This document shows, piece by piece, positions 44,480 to 53,927 of a DNA stretch of 64,000 nt. Position 1 is the first letter of the stretch; the number at the start of each line of letters is the position of its first letter. This DNA is from Gammaproteobacteria bacterium. Lineage in GTDB: Bacteria > Pseudomonadota > Gammaproteobacteria > UBA4575. The position numbers were made by a program, and so were the translations under genes. The notes under the pieces were generated by a model. The model had not been told where the DNA came from and did not search any database. It saw only the letters and a list, made by a program, of their open reading frames with translations. The stretch spans positions 1,268,123 through 1,332,122 of the forward strand of contig OZ244046.1 of assembly GCA_965215055.1 (NCBI GenBank), given 5' to 3'.

Positions 44480-46554
44480 GGCTTAACCCGAGCGAGTCGA
44501 GCAAGTAATGTTTGTTGTGCACTGTAGGCATCAGTCTCATTCATCGATGGTGGTGCATAGGTACCGTCCGATTGTAGAATCCAGGCCTGTCGATTATCTT
44601 GCAAGTACGTTTCGAGTTCACCGATGATGCGACTGCGAGCAAGTGCATCGCGTATTGGCCAGCAGACCTCTACGCGACGAAAGAAATTTCTGTCCATCCA
44701 GTCGGCGCTTGAGCAAAATACTTCGGGGTTCCCATTATTATGAAAGTGATATACGCGCGCATGCTCCAGAAAACGACCGACAATAGAGCGCACCTCGATA
44801 TTTTCCGAGATGCCGGAAAGTCCCGGACGTAAACAGCAAGTACCACGCACAATCAACTGAATTCTCACCCCCGCGTTCGAAGCGCGGTACAGGGCCTGGA
44901 TGATCTGTGGTTCGACCAGAGAATTGAATTTTGCCACGATGCGCGCACAGTGCCCTTGTCGGGCATGTTTAATTTCGTTGTTGATTAATCTGATGAGGGA
45001 TTTATACAGTGTAAACGGGGCTTGCAAGACGACGTTCAAGGTAGGTGCTTTGGTAAAGCTGGTAAGCTCAAGAAAAATCTCATGTGCGTCCGCCGTCAGT
45101 CCGGGATCGGTTGTGAACATTCCATAATCGGTATACAGGCGTGCCGTTTTTTCATGGTAATTGCCCGTACCGAAGTGCGCGTAACGTCGCAAGTGATCTC
45201 GCTCGCGGCGCACGATCAGGATCATTTTGCCGTGCGTCTTTTTGCCGACAATTCCATAGACGACGTGCGCGCCGGCCTCTTGCAGGCGGTTTGCCAAAGA
45301 GATATTTGCAGCCTCGTCGAAGCGCGCCATCAGTTCAATAACCACGGTTACCTCCTTACCTGCCTTGGCGGCCTTTACCAAGTTATCGATAATCGGCGAA
45401 TCTGCCCCCGTTCGATACAGTGTTTGTTTAATTGCCAATACTTTCGGGTCTTCTGCAGCTTGTCGCACAAAATCAATGACGGGAGAAAAGGACTGATAGG
45501 GATGATGCAGTAAAATGTCACCCTGATTGATCAATGCGAATATACTTTTGCTGTGACTGAAGCTTTGTGACAGTCCGGGAGCAAAAGGAGGGTATTTCAG
45601 GTCAGGGCGATCGACCAGGTCATAGGTCTGGCTGAGGCGATTCAGATTAACGGGCCCGTTGACGCGATATACGTCCACCGCATGCAGTGAAAACTGCTGC
45701 AACAGATAGGTGATAAGCTCTTCCGGGCAGGCATTTGTCACTTCCAGCCGTACCGCATCTCCATATTTGCGCGAAGCAAGCTCACCTTCCAGGGCACGCA
45801 TCAAGTCATCTATCTCCTCATCATCCAGAAATAAATCACTATTGCGAGTCAGCCTGAACTGGTAACTGCCCTGCACCGTGAGGCCTTCAAATAATTCACT
45901 GACGAAGGCGTGCATGATTGAAGACAGAAAGACGTAATTTTCCCCTTCCCTATCACTGACTTCGTCAGGTACACGAATTAATCGCGGCAGGGAGCGCGGC
46001 GCCTGTACGATCGCGTACTTGCCTTCCCTTTCGAAGGCATCCGAGCCATCAAGCTGCACGATAAAATTGAGCGATTTATTGATAATACGCGGGAACGGGT
46101 GCGCAGGATCCAGGCCAAGCGGACTCAACACCGGTTCGACTTGGTTGAGAAAATAATGATACAGCCATGTGCTTTGTTCCGGTGTCCATTTTTCACGCGC
46201 GACAAAGCGAACATTTTGTGCCTCCAGTTCCGGTTGAAGCTCTTCATTGAAAACACGATACTGTTCAGCGACAAGCTCTGCCGCTTCGCTGTGAATTTGT
46301 TTTAACAAATCTCTTGGCGCGATTTCATCAGCGGTAGTGTGGCTGATATCAATCTCGATGTGTTGTTTTACGCCACCTACGCGAATTTCAAAAAACTCGT
46401 CCAGATTGGTACAGGAAATGCACAGAAACTTGAGGCGTTCCAGCAGTGGCGTAGAAGTATCGCGCGCTTGCTGCAGAACGCGTGAATTAAATTTCAGCAA
46501 GCTGAGTTCGCGATTGATATAGTTTTCAGCTAGGCTAAAGTTTTGCTCGTCCAT
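44476..46554 (-). CDS. ppk1: Polyphosphate kinase 1
   Basis: NRELSLLKFNSRV, HHPYQSF, ARFDEAANI, KTHGK, GRFLEHARV, SADWMDRN. Confidence 0.98.
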   Translation of the reverse strand: MDEQNFSLAENYINRELSLLKFNSRVLQQARDTSTPLLERLKFLCISCTNLDEFFEIRVGGVKQHIEIDISHTTADEIAPRDLLKQIHSEAAELVAEQYRVFNEELQPELEAQNVRFVAREKWTPEQSTWLYHYFLNQVEPVLSPLGLDPAHPFPRIINKSLNFIVQLDGSDAFEREGKYAIVQAPRSLPRLIRVPDEVSDREGENYVFLSSIMHAFVSELFEGLTVQGSYQFRLTRNSDLFLDDEEIDDLMRALEGELASRKYGDAVRLEVTNACPEELITYLLQQFSLHAVDVYRVNGPVNLNRLSQTYDLVDRPDLKYPPFAPGLSQSFSHSKSIFALINQGDILLHHPYQSFSPVIDFVRQAAEDPKVLAIKQTLYRTGADSPIIDNLVKAAKAGKEVTVVIELMARFDEAANISLANRLQEAGAHVVYGIVGKKTHGKMILIVRRERDHLRRYAHFGTGNYHEKTARLYTDYGMFTTDPGLTADAHEIFLELTSFTKAPTLNVVLQAPFTLYKSLIRLINNEIKHARQGHCARIVAKFNSLVEPQIIQALYRASNAGVRIQLIVRGTCCLRPGLSGISENIEVRSIVGRFLEHARVYHFHNNGNPEVFCSSADWMDRNFFRRVEVCWPIRDALARSRIIGELETYLQDNRQAWILQSDGTYAPPSMNETDAYSAQQTLLARLARVKP

Positions 46555-46889
46555 GTTCTTTCACATTATTACGGGTGAAGACATTATATTAAAAACAGAA
46601 TTATATGGGCACAGAATTCTGTAGAGAGATGCGAGAGGGTTTTAGAAAAAATGTAAAAAACAGTAGCGCAGCTTTTACATTCCTGGTGTTACCGGGTTCG
46701 TGTCACCTGCTTATCCTGGGAGTATGATCAACTACCTTGTGATTTACGCATTGCCGACAGGGGCGAGGTTGGATAAGAACATGCTTGAGGCCTTTCTCCA
46801 GGTATATTCCGAGGCCTGCTTCAGGCAGCAGCTTGCGTCCAGCTCAAGCGCGCCATGTTAAAATCGAAATCGAAGTTTAATCCAAAAAC

Positions 46890-47417
46890 GTGAAGTGTCA
46901 TAACGTGAAAAAGAGAACGATTTTTCTCCTGGTGTTACTTGTCACATTTTCTGCAAGTAATGTCTACGCCAATGAAAAGCGAATCATCTACGACTTTGAA
47001 TACGGGATTTTTGCACGTGGCATGGAAGGTTTTGAAGAGGGAGCGCGCGCCATATCGAGTGACGGCGCGCTGGAAAAGACCACGTTTATACCTGCAAGAC
47101 TGGGAACCAAGTTCGGCATTCGCTACTGGTTGTCACGTGCGGGGTTTACCGGCGAGCCTACCCTGCATCTGATCTATCACGTGCCCACCATGATTGATCC
47201 CAATACAGGGGACTACATTGACAAGATAGAGATCTTGCAGGAAGAATCCAAACTCGACTACAGACACACCATGGCGTTTGAATTTGCTCACCAGTACGAA
47301 CTTGTGCCGGGTGAATATCGTTTCTACGTGTTTTATGAAAACCAAAAACTGGTCGAACAGGTATTCCAGATCGAGTTGCAACATATTGATGAATTACGGC
47401 AGACTGAACTGCAATAA
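46890..47417 (+). CDS. Exported DUF3859-like protein
   Basis: Signal peptide (…ASNVYA/NE); EYGIF, IPARLGTKFGIRY, ELVPGEYRF pattern recalled for DUF3859. Confidence 0.65.
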   Translation: MKCHNVKKRTIFLLVLLVTFSASNVYANEKRIIYDFEYGIFARGMEGFEEGARAISSDGALEKTTFIPARLGTKFGIRYWLSRAGFTGEPTLHLIYHVPTMIDPNTGDYIDKIEILQEESKLDYRHTMAFEFAHQYELVPGEYRFYVFYENQKLVEQVFQIELQHIDELRQTELQ

Positions 47418-47468
47418 ACTGGCATTATAACGGTTCTCTAGCCGGGCAAACGGTTTTGAAAAACTGCT

Positions 47469-48989
47469 CTAATTGTTTTCCTGTTCTTGCACCCGCATTA
47501 CGGACATGCTGCCACTTTTTTCATTGGCACTGAAGATATAATGACGGTCGCCTGATTGGTAGTGCGCCAGACCTTCTGGCGCAAACTTGCCGCCTTGACC
47601 TGCTTTCGGATCAACCGGAGTTACGCCCACCACCTTTGGATGTGCGGGATCTTCGAGCGAGACCAGGGCCACGGCATTGGCGCGTTCCAGGCCAACGGCC
47701 GTAAACAGCTTGTTATTTATGTGAAAACTCACAACATTCTCCGGTTCCGAGCCTTTGTTATCACTGCGTCCATCCGGGTACAGACCTGCGGCATGTGCCA
47801 TTTCGTCCAGTTGGTTGCCAGTATCGGCGATAAACTCTCCCGTTCCAGCGTCAAAGACACTCAACGTACGTCCACCTCCAACCGGCTTACCACCCAGGAC
47901 TTTGGCTGCCTTCGGGTCCGTGTCGCCCTCATCAGCAGTCAGCAGGAACTTGCCATCGGGACTTATCGAGATGCCGTCAGGCTCACGCAGCGCCCGGATT
48001 TTTTTGTCAAACCGTACCTTGTCGTCATCTTTGATATCCGCCAAGTGTTCGGTCATTCCCAGGCCAAATACCTTTTCGATTTTCGCGGAAGCGGTATCGA
48101 TTACGACAACACCGTTGTTTTCCTGTAACGAGACGAAAGCCCTGGTGCTGTCAGGCGAAAAGGCTACGAATTCAGGTTCGGTATTGGCGGGAGAGTTATC
48201 CTGCAGTGGAATTTCAATCTCCTCGTCGCTGTTGCCATCGCCCATCTTGCGTTCGAGGGCACGCGCGTGACTTTTATGCAGCATGCCGGCGACATCGCTG
48301 TAATCGCTTAACGGGATTTGCGTAACCGATGCATCCTGCAAGCCGTTTCCGAAGAACACGTGAGTGATGCTGCCTTCGGGAGACTCATAGCGCTTGTTGT
48401 TGTAGCGGTAGGCTTCGCCTTCATTGGCAACGACCAGATACTTGCCATTCGGGCTGAACACCGCGCTGTCCGGGTGCACGCCTACTGCGAAAATCTTGAG
48501 CAGCTTACCGCTGTCGGCATCGTGTACCTGTATCTTGCCGGTGGCAAACAGGTCTCGATTGACCACGGCCACCGCAAAAAAGTTTGCCGTCGGGTGAAAC
48601 GCAACCGAACTGATTTCCTCGCCGTCCGTAACCTTGAAACGGCGCAACGCTTTCGGTACTTCGGGATTCGTGATGGAAATAATCTCAACAATTCCTTGTG
48701 TGCTACAAGACAGAGCCATCCGCTGCGTGGTTGCCTGGATACTCACGATCTCAGTTTTTTTACCGACATCTTTAACGTCGTAAACGGAAACCAGTTCCAG
48801 GGAAGCCTCGTGTGACGCATGTCCGCTTGCGCTGGCTGTGCCTGCAATCATCATGCAACAGCACATGGATAAAAATACATCCCGAAACTGAAGTACACCT
48901 CGGAATTTATTCAGTGATCTATGACTTCCCTCTGTACGTACTGACATATTGAAAGGCCTGCCAGGGAAAGAAGTGTACATGGATTTCAT
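47469..48989 (-). CDS. Exported choice-of-anchor I family beta-propeller protein (commonly labelled alkaline phosphatase)
   Basis: VGVHPDSAVFSPNG..VANEGE, EPEFVAFSPD, SLQENNG, EPDGI, GRSDNKGSEPE, GLERAN, APEGL; AGGAG SD before ATG at 48989. Confidence 0.8.
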   Translation of the reverse strand: MKSMYTSFPGRPFNMSVRTEGSHRSLNKFRGVLQFRDVFLSMCCCMMIAGTASASGHASHEASLELVSVYDVKDVGKKTEIVSIQATTQRMALSCSTQGIVEIISITNPEVPKALRRFKVTDGEEISSVAFHPTANFFAVAVVNRDLFATGKIQVHDADSGKLLKIFAVGVHPDSAVFSPNGKYLVVANEGEAYRYNNKRYESPEGSITHVFFGNGLQDASVTQIPLSDYSDVAGMLHKSHARALERKMGDGNSDEEIEIPLQDNSPANTEPEFVAFSPDSTRAFVSLQENNGVVVIDTASAKIEKVFGLGMTEHLADIKDDDKVRFDKKIRALREPDGISISPDGKFLLTADEGDTDPKAAKVLGGKPVGGGRTLSVFDAGTGEFIADTGNQLDEMAHAAGLYPDGRSDNKGSEPENVVSFHINNKLFTAVGLERANAVALVSLEDPAHPKVVGVTPVDPKAGQGGKFAPEGLAHYQSGDRHYIFSANEKSGSMSVMRVQEQENN

Positions 48990-49017
48990 CGTATGCTTAT
49001 CTCCTGGAAACAGCAAT

Positions 49018-49056
49018 AAAAAAGCCGTCTACACTTTCCCTGTGCAAACGGCTTTT
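49018..49056 (-). terminator. Intrinsic terminator-like hairpin after porin gene
   Basis: Minus strand AAAAGCCGTTTGCAC-AGGGAAA-GTGTAGACGGCTTTTT: ~15-bp stem (2 GU) ending in a U run. Confidence 0.7.
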
Positions 49057-49078
49057 GGTCAGAGGAGTATCAAAAAAA

Positions 49079-50308
49079 TCAGAACGCGTATTGTGCGCGG
49101 AATGAAACGGCGTTGCCGTCTTCATCTTTGTCATCGCCTTGCAGGTCCGGAGCATGCTCGGTATCGCCGTCAAGATAGTTCAGCATGAACTTGACGTTCT
49201 TGGTGGCGTACCAGTTCACACCCAGCGTCAACAGTTCCCACTCAATCTCATCATCCATGGAGTCAATATCGAGTTCGCCGTCCTCGTACTTGGCGACCAG
49301 TTCCCAGGCACCCGATTTGCCCTTGGGTTTCACCTTGTCGAATTTACCTGATTTGCCCTTGTAGCCTCTGGATTCACCTGTCAGGATATAGCTTGCCTGG
49401 ACATAATAGCTGCGCACGTCCACGTCCGAGGCTCTGTCGCTGTCATTTTCATCGAAGTCTGCCGTGCGATGTTCCGCTTGCAGTGAAAACGGACCAAATA
49501 CACTGGCTGCTTCCAACCCAAGCTGGTCAGCATCGTCTACGCCGACTGTCTCGTCAAGTGGCCTGCCAATCGTATGCACGCCCAAGCGTGATCTAAATTT
49601 CATGTCCGTACCTTCGCTGCCAAAATCACGTGTGGCATATGAAGCTGCCAAGTGGACGAAGTTGTGCTTGTCCGCACCGAAATGACCGCCTATCCTTCCT
49701 GCCATGCTGTAGGCATCGGATCCGTCATCGTCTTCATCATCATCGTCAATCAGGGCGGCCTGCCAGAACATGCGGTCGCTGTGGCCGTGCAGGGCAACCT
49801 GAAAAGAAGGTTTGCCTGACAGAAAGCCCAGTTCCGTCGCCGGAGAGCGTTCAATAGTAGAGATCCACTTCGAACTGGTAAGTTCTTCCAATCCGAAAGG
49901 TGCCTTGAAACGCCCGACCATCACTTTTGCGAAGTCAAGCCCCTTGTACTGGATATATCCTGTATCGATCTCTGCCTCACCTTCGTCAATGTCAACCGTC
50001 ATCTTGTATCCCCAGTTCTTGCCAGAGGTACCCTTGATGTTGATACGGGTGCGGCGAAACTCCGATTCCGAGGCATCATCGCCATCATTATCAAAGTTGT
50101 ACATGCCGTCGTAGCTGTCGTAGTCGTACATGATACGGCCGCCGATCGCAAAGGAATTGCCGTTGTTCGATTTGATTTTAATGCCGCCACCGGTCGTTTT
50201 GATCGATATTTCTTCTTTCGAGGTAACCGCGCCGGCAAATACTGCCGTCGTGGAGCAGAAGAAAGCTATCGACGCTAGTGCGACGAATAATACTGATTTA
50301 CTTCTCAC
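49079..50308 (-). CDS. Phosphate-selective porin, OprO/OprP family
   Basis: Signal peptide; GGRIMYDY, EFRRTRI, GRFKAPFGLEELTSS, YVQASYILTGESRGY, GVNWY, terminal Phe; GTG at 50308 after GGAGG. Confidence 0.9.
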   Translation of the reverse strand: MRSKSVLFVALASIAFFCSTTAVFAGAVTSKEEISIKTTGGGIKIKSNNGNSFAIGGRIMYDYDSYDGMYNFDNDGDDASESEFRRTRINIKGTSGKNWGYKMTVDIDEGEAEIDTGYIQYKGLDFAKVMVGRFKAPFGLEELTSSKWISTIERSPATELGFLSGKPSFQVALHGHSDRMFWQAALIDDDDEDDDGSDAYSMAGRIGGHFGADKHNFVHLAASYATRDFGSEGTDMKFRSRLGVHTIGRPLDETVGVDDADQLGLEAASVFGPFSLQAEHRTADFDENDSDRASDVDVRSYYVQASYILTGESRGYKGKSGKFDKVKPKGKSGAWELVAKYEDGELDIDSMDDEIEWELLTLGVNWYATKNVKFMLNYLDGDTEHAPDLQGDDKDEDGNAVSFRAQYAF

Positions 50309-50421
50309 GAGGGAGCCTCCCAATTAGGTTTATGTTCAATGAACTCGCGTCAATCTAACGAGATTGTTCAATAGGTTTATCAATTACGAAGCGGATACTG
50401 ATGCACGTCTGTGAAGAGAAT

Positions 50422-50450
50422 ATGAATGGAGCATTACATTTTTATTACAC
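50422..50450 (-). promoter_or_regulatory. Pho box array upstream of porin gene
   Basis: Minus strand GTGTAAT-aaaa-ATGTAAT-gctc-CATTCAT, 11-bp period. Confidence 0.7.
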
Positions 50451-50478
50451 GGTGCGCGGAGGTGATTCCGACCTCAAT

Positions 50479-50496
50479 CTTTAATAGTTTTGTAAT
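50479..50496 (+). promoter_or_regulatory. Pho box upstream of phoB (autoregulation)
   Basis: CTTTAAT-agtt-TTGTAAT, 11-bp period, ~105 nt before the phoB ATG. Confidence 0.55.
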
Positions 50497-50601
50497 AAAT
50501 TTGGAAAATAATGCAGGCTCTCAAGACTCAGTAGAGATACAATCATGCAAAATCAATTCATTTCGGCAGCAGTTTCCCGTTCAAATGCAAAACACGCCAA
50601 G

Positions 50602-51294
50602 ATGGTGAGTGGTAAAAGAGTTTTACTGGTTGAGGATGAGCCCTCCATCCGCGAGATGGTGTCCTTTGCGTTGGGCCAGGATGGTTACATCATTGATGAA
50701 GCCGAAGATGGCAACTCGGCGGAGGCGCAAATCGTCAACTACCTTCCCAGCCTGATTTTGCTGGATTGGATGTTGCCGGATACAAGCGGCCTGGAACTGC
50801 TGAGGAAATGGAAGCGCGAGGATGCGCTGAAGGATGTACCCATCATCATGTTGACCGCGCGCGTGGAAGAACGTGACAAGGTCACCGGTCTGGATTCGGG
50901 CGCAGATGACTATGTCACCAAGCCATTTTCGGTAAAGGAATTATCCGCGCGCATTCGGGCAGTGCTGCGCAGGGGCACTGGAGCCCTCGACAACGAGGTC
51001 AAGATAGGGCCTATTTTGTTGGACTTGGACGCACGCCGCGCCTATGTCGATGACCAGCCCATCAACATGGGCTCTACCGAGTTTCGGTTACTTGAGTTTT
51101 TTATGACGCACCCGGACAGGGCCTATACTCGCAGCCAATTGCTGGATTACGTATGGGGTCGTAATATATACGTCGAAGAGCGTACCGTGGACGTCCACAT
51201 CGTACGCCTGAGAAAACTTCTTAAACCATTGGGTTGTGAACAGATGATTCAAACCGTGCGTGGATACGGTTATCGGTTCTCCGAAAAAATGTAA
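50602..51294 (+). CDS. phoB: Phosphate regulon response regulator PhoB
   Basis: LLVEDE, LLDWMLP, GADDYVTKPFS, ERTVDVHIVRLRK, TVRGYGY; ATG at 50602 gives 230 aa. Confidence 0.96.
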   Translation: MVSGKRVLLVEDEPSIREMVSFALGQDGYIIDEAEDGNSAEAQIVNYLPSLILLDWMLPDTSGLELLRKWKREDALKDVPIIMLTARVEERDKVTGLDSGADDYVTKPFSVKELSARIRAVLRRGTGALDNEVKIGPILLDLDARRAYVDDQPINMGSTEFRLLEFFMTHPDRAYTRSQLLDYVWGRNIYVEERTVDVHIVRLRKLLKPLGCEQMIQTVRGYGYRFSEKM

Positions 51295-52613
51295 TGTCAC
51301 GCAACGCGTGGCTGTCAGAATTTAACCGGATTTTAATTGTATTTGTTCCGTGCGTTGCCGTCGGCATGGTAACGAGGAATCTGCCACTGTTTTTGATTTT
51401 GGCACTGACCATATATGGCCTGTGGACAATCAGGCAGCTTGTAACGCTGAAAAGATGGCTGGCTAACGGTGCACCCGTTGATGAAGCACCGGAGTACCTG
51501 GGGCTGGTTGACCAGTACGTGTCCGGCATCAGCGAACTGCAAAAAAGCAATCGCGAAAAACAGGACTCACTGGAAAAGTTCATCGATCAGTTTAACCAGA
51601 TGATTGCCGCGCTGCCGGATGCCATCGTGGTTATGACGATATCGGGAGAAATCCTCTCTTCCAACCGGGCGGCGCACGACCTGCTGCAAATCAGTCCGCA
51701 AACCGACAACCACAAGCGCATCATTCAACTGGTACGCGACCCTTTGTTTATCGAGTATTTTTCCGCCGGAAAATTCGAGCATCCATTGGAGATTCGCGGC
51801 TCCGTTCCTGGTGAACTGGAATTGAACATGCGCATTATTGCATTTGGCCAGGGCAGGTTAGTCCTGGTTGCGCAGGACATGTCGCAATCCGCACGCGTTT
51901 ATGAAATGCGGCGCAGTTTTATTTCAAACGCTTCACATGAGTTGCGCACGCCCCTGACGGTAATACTGGGTTACCTGGAGACCTTGTCGGAACACGCCGA
52001 ACTTACCGATAACTGTGTCGTTGCGCTGCGCAGTGCTGAACTACAGGCGCAACGCATGAAGCAGCTCGTCGAAGACCTCTTGACGCTGTCTCGCCTGGAA
52101 TCCGCTGCCACCCTTGCTGGGCGCGCTGATGCAATTCCTGTCGCGTCCCTGATTACAGAGACGGTGAAAGAGGCAAAGCTTTCGGCCTCGTTTACCGATC
52201 ATAATATATGCTCCAGCATAGAGACCAGTGCCATGCTGAGAGGCGATTTGCAGGAGATCCATAGCGTAATCTCAAACCTGGTCAATAATGCCGTCAAGCA
52301 TACGGGGGCGGGCACCAACGTCAACGTTATATGGAGGCTTGCCGATGAAAATTGCATGCAACTGGTAGTCGAAGATGATGGCCAGGGTATTGCACCGGAA
52401 CACGTCGAAAGGCTGACTGAACGTTTTTACCGCGTGGACGCTGGACGCTCACGGGAGAAAGGTGGCACCGGGCTTGGTCTGTCAATCGTCAAGCACGTGA
52501 TTGACCGCCACGAAGGCACGTTGACCATCGACAGTGAACCCGGGCAGGGAGCAGTTTTTACGTGCAGCTTTCCTGCCACGCGGTTGACATATAACGGCAA
52601 GAATGACGAATAA
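51294..52613 (+). CDS. phoR: Phosphate regulon sensor kinase PhoR
   Basis: N-terminal TM, PAS-like region, NASHELRTPL, RFYRVDAGRSR, GTGLGL. Confidence 0.96.
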   Translation: MSRNAWLSEFNRILIVFVPCVAVGMVTRNLPLFLILALTIYGLWTIRQLVTLKRWLANGAPVDEAPEYLGLVDQYVSGISELQKSNREKQDSLEKFIDQFNQMIAALPDAIVVMTISGEILSSNRAAHDLLQISPQTDNHKRIIQLVRDPLFIEYFSAGKFEHPLEIRGSVPGELELNMRIIAFGQGRLVLVAQDMSQSARVYEMRRSFISNASHELRTPLTVILGYLETLSEHAELTDNCVVALRSAELQAQRMKQLVEDLLTLSRLESAATLAGRADAIPVASLITETVKEAKLSASFTDHNICSSIETSAMLRGDLQEIHSVISNLVNNAVKHTGAGTNVNVIWRLADENCMQLVVEDDGQGIAPEHVERLTERFYRVDAGRSREKGGTGLGLSIVKHVIDRHEGTLTIDSEPGQGAVFTCSFPATRLTYNGKNDE

Positions 52614-52651
52614 GTGAAGGTGTCGTGCCACGTAATAGTGGCAAATTCGCG

Positions 52652-52691
52652 AAGTCATAAAATTGTAATAATTCGCCCATACCCCTGTAAT
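52652..52691 (+). promoter_or_regulatory. Pho box array (four half-sites) upstream of pstS
   Basis: AAGTCAT-aaaa-TTGTAAT-aatt-CGCCCAT-accc-CTGTAAT; half-sites start at 52652, 52663, 52674, 52685. Confidence 0.8.
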
Positions 52692-52752
52692 AGTCTGTTT
52701 TCAGAATCCCGCAAAGTCATAAATACCAAATCATAACTTCAGGAGTTATTAC

Positions 52753-53736
52753 ATGTACGCATTGATCAACAGGTGCAGCGCGCTGCTTGCTGCATTGCTT
52801 ATATCGCTTGCCTCCTCCCTGTCAGCGGAGGTCAAAGTTGATGCTGATCTTGGCAAATATGCCGCTACCAGTGGCGTATCTGGAAATTTGTCCAGCGTCG
52901 GTTCGGACACGCTGGCAAATTTGATGACCCTTTGGGCGGAAGAATACAAGCGCTTTTATCCGAACGTAAACATTCAGGTCCAGGCGGCAGGTTCTTCTAC
53001 TGCACCGCCTGGGTTGACGGAAGGAACGTCCAATCTCGGTCCGATGAGTCGCAAGATGAAAGATAAAGAACTTGCGGCATTCGAGAAAAGATTTGGCTAC
53101 AAGCCAACTCCAATTCCAGTCGCAATAGATGCCCTGGCCGTGTACGTGCACAAGGACAACCCGATCAAGGGTATGTCTATCGCGCAGGTCGACGCGGTAT
53201 TTTCCAGCACCCGCAAATGTGGTGGTAGCAAGGATGTCACCACCTGGGGTGATCTTGGTTTGAAAGGCGACTGGGCAAAGCGCGATATTCAGTTGTTTGG
53301 TCGCAACTCGGTATCAGGAACGTACGGTTACTTCAAAAAGAAGGCACTGTGCAAAGGCGACTACAAGTCAACCGTGAATGAACAACCCGGTTCGGCGTCC
53401 GTAGTCCAGTCCGTTTCCAGTTCTCTAAATGGTATCGGTTATTCTGGTATTGGGTACAAAACCTCGGGTGTCCGGGCAGTACCGCTGTCAAAAACGGCCG
53501 AGCCGGATAAGATTGAAGCTACACCTGAGACCGCAATCTCGGGCAAGTACCCGCTGGCGCGATTTTTATACGTCTATGTAAACAAGGCACCGGGCAGGCC
53601 CTTGCCGCCATTAGAGAGTGAATTCGTTAAAATGGTGTTGTCTACGCAAGGTCAAAAAGTAGTAGTTAAGGACGGCTATATCCCGTTACCTGCAAAGGTG
53701 GCAAAAAAGGCATTGATGTCAATTGATGCAAAATAG
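52753..53736 (+). CDS. pstS: Phosphate ABC transporter substrate-binding protein
   Basis: [44 protein letters not shown]. Confidence 0.96.
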   Translation: MYALINRCSALLAALLISLASSLSAEVKVDADLGKYAATSGVSGNLSSVGSDTLANLMTLWAEEYKRFYPNVNIQVQAAGSSTAPPGLTEGTSNLGPMSRKMKDKELAAFEKRFGYKPTPIPVAIDALAVYVHKDNPIKGMSIAQVDAVFSSTRKCGGSKDVTTWGDLGLKGDWAKRDIQLFGRNSVSGTYGYFKKKALCKGDYKSTVNEQPGSASVVQSVSSSLNGIGYSGIGYKTSGVRAVPLSKTAEPDKIEATPETAISGKYPLARFLYVYVNKAPGRPLPPLESEFVKMVLSTQGQKVVVKDGYIPLPAKVAKKALMSIDAK

Positions 53737-53837
53737 CACTGAATGCCTGAAATAAATTCGGGTAGAACGAACCAGGCCAGGTTTGTTTCGCAAACCCGGT
53801 CCCTGGACAAAGGGCTGGAAAAAAGAGCCCCCCTGCG

Positions 53838-53867
53838 ACAGAGACCCTGTATCTACAGGGTCTCTGT
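53838..53867. other. Perfect 13-14 bp inverted repeat in pstS-pstC spacer
   Basis: ACAGAGACCCTGT-ATCT-ACAGGGTCTCTGT. Confidence 0.85.
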
Positions 53868-53927
53868 TCTAATATACTTGGATTACTTTTGTATCTGCTA
53901 ACATAAAAAATAAAAGAATAAAGAAAC

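Noticed and set aside
46724-46861. 45-codon ORF upstream of the DUF3859-like gene
   Set aside because: GGGAG is only 1 nt from the ATG and there is no recognisable motif; likely spurious
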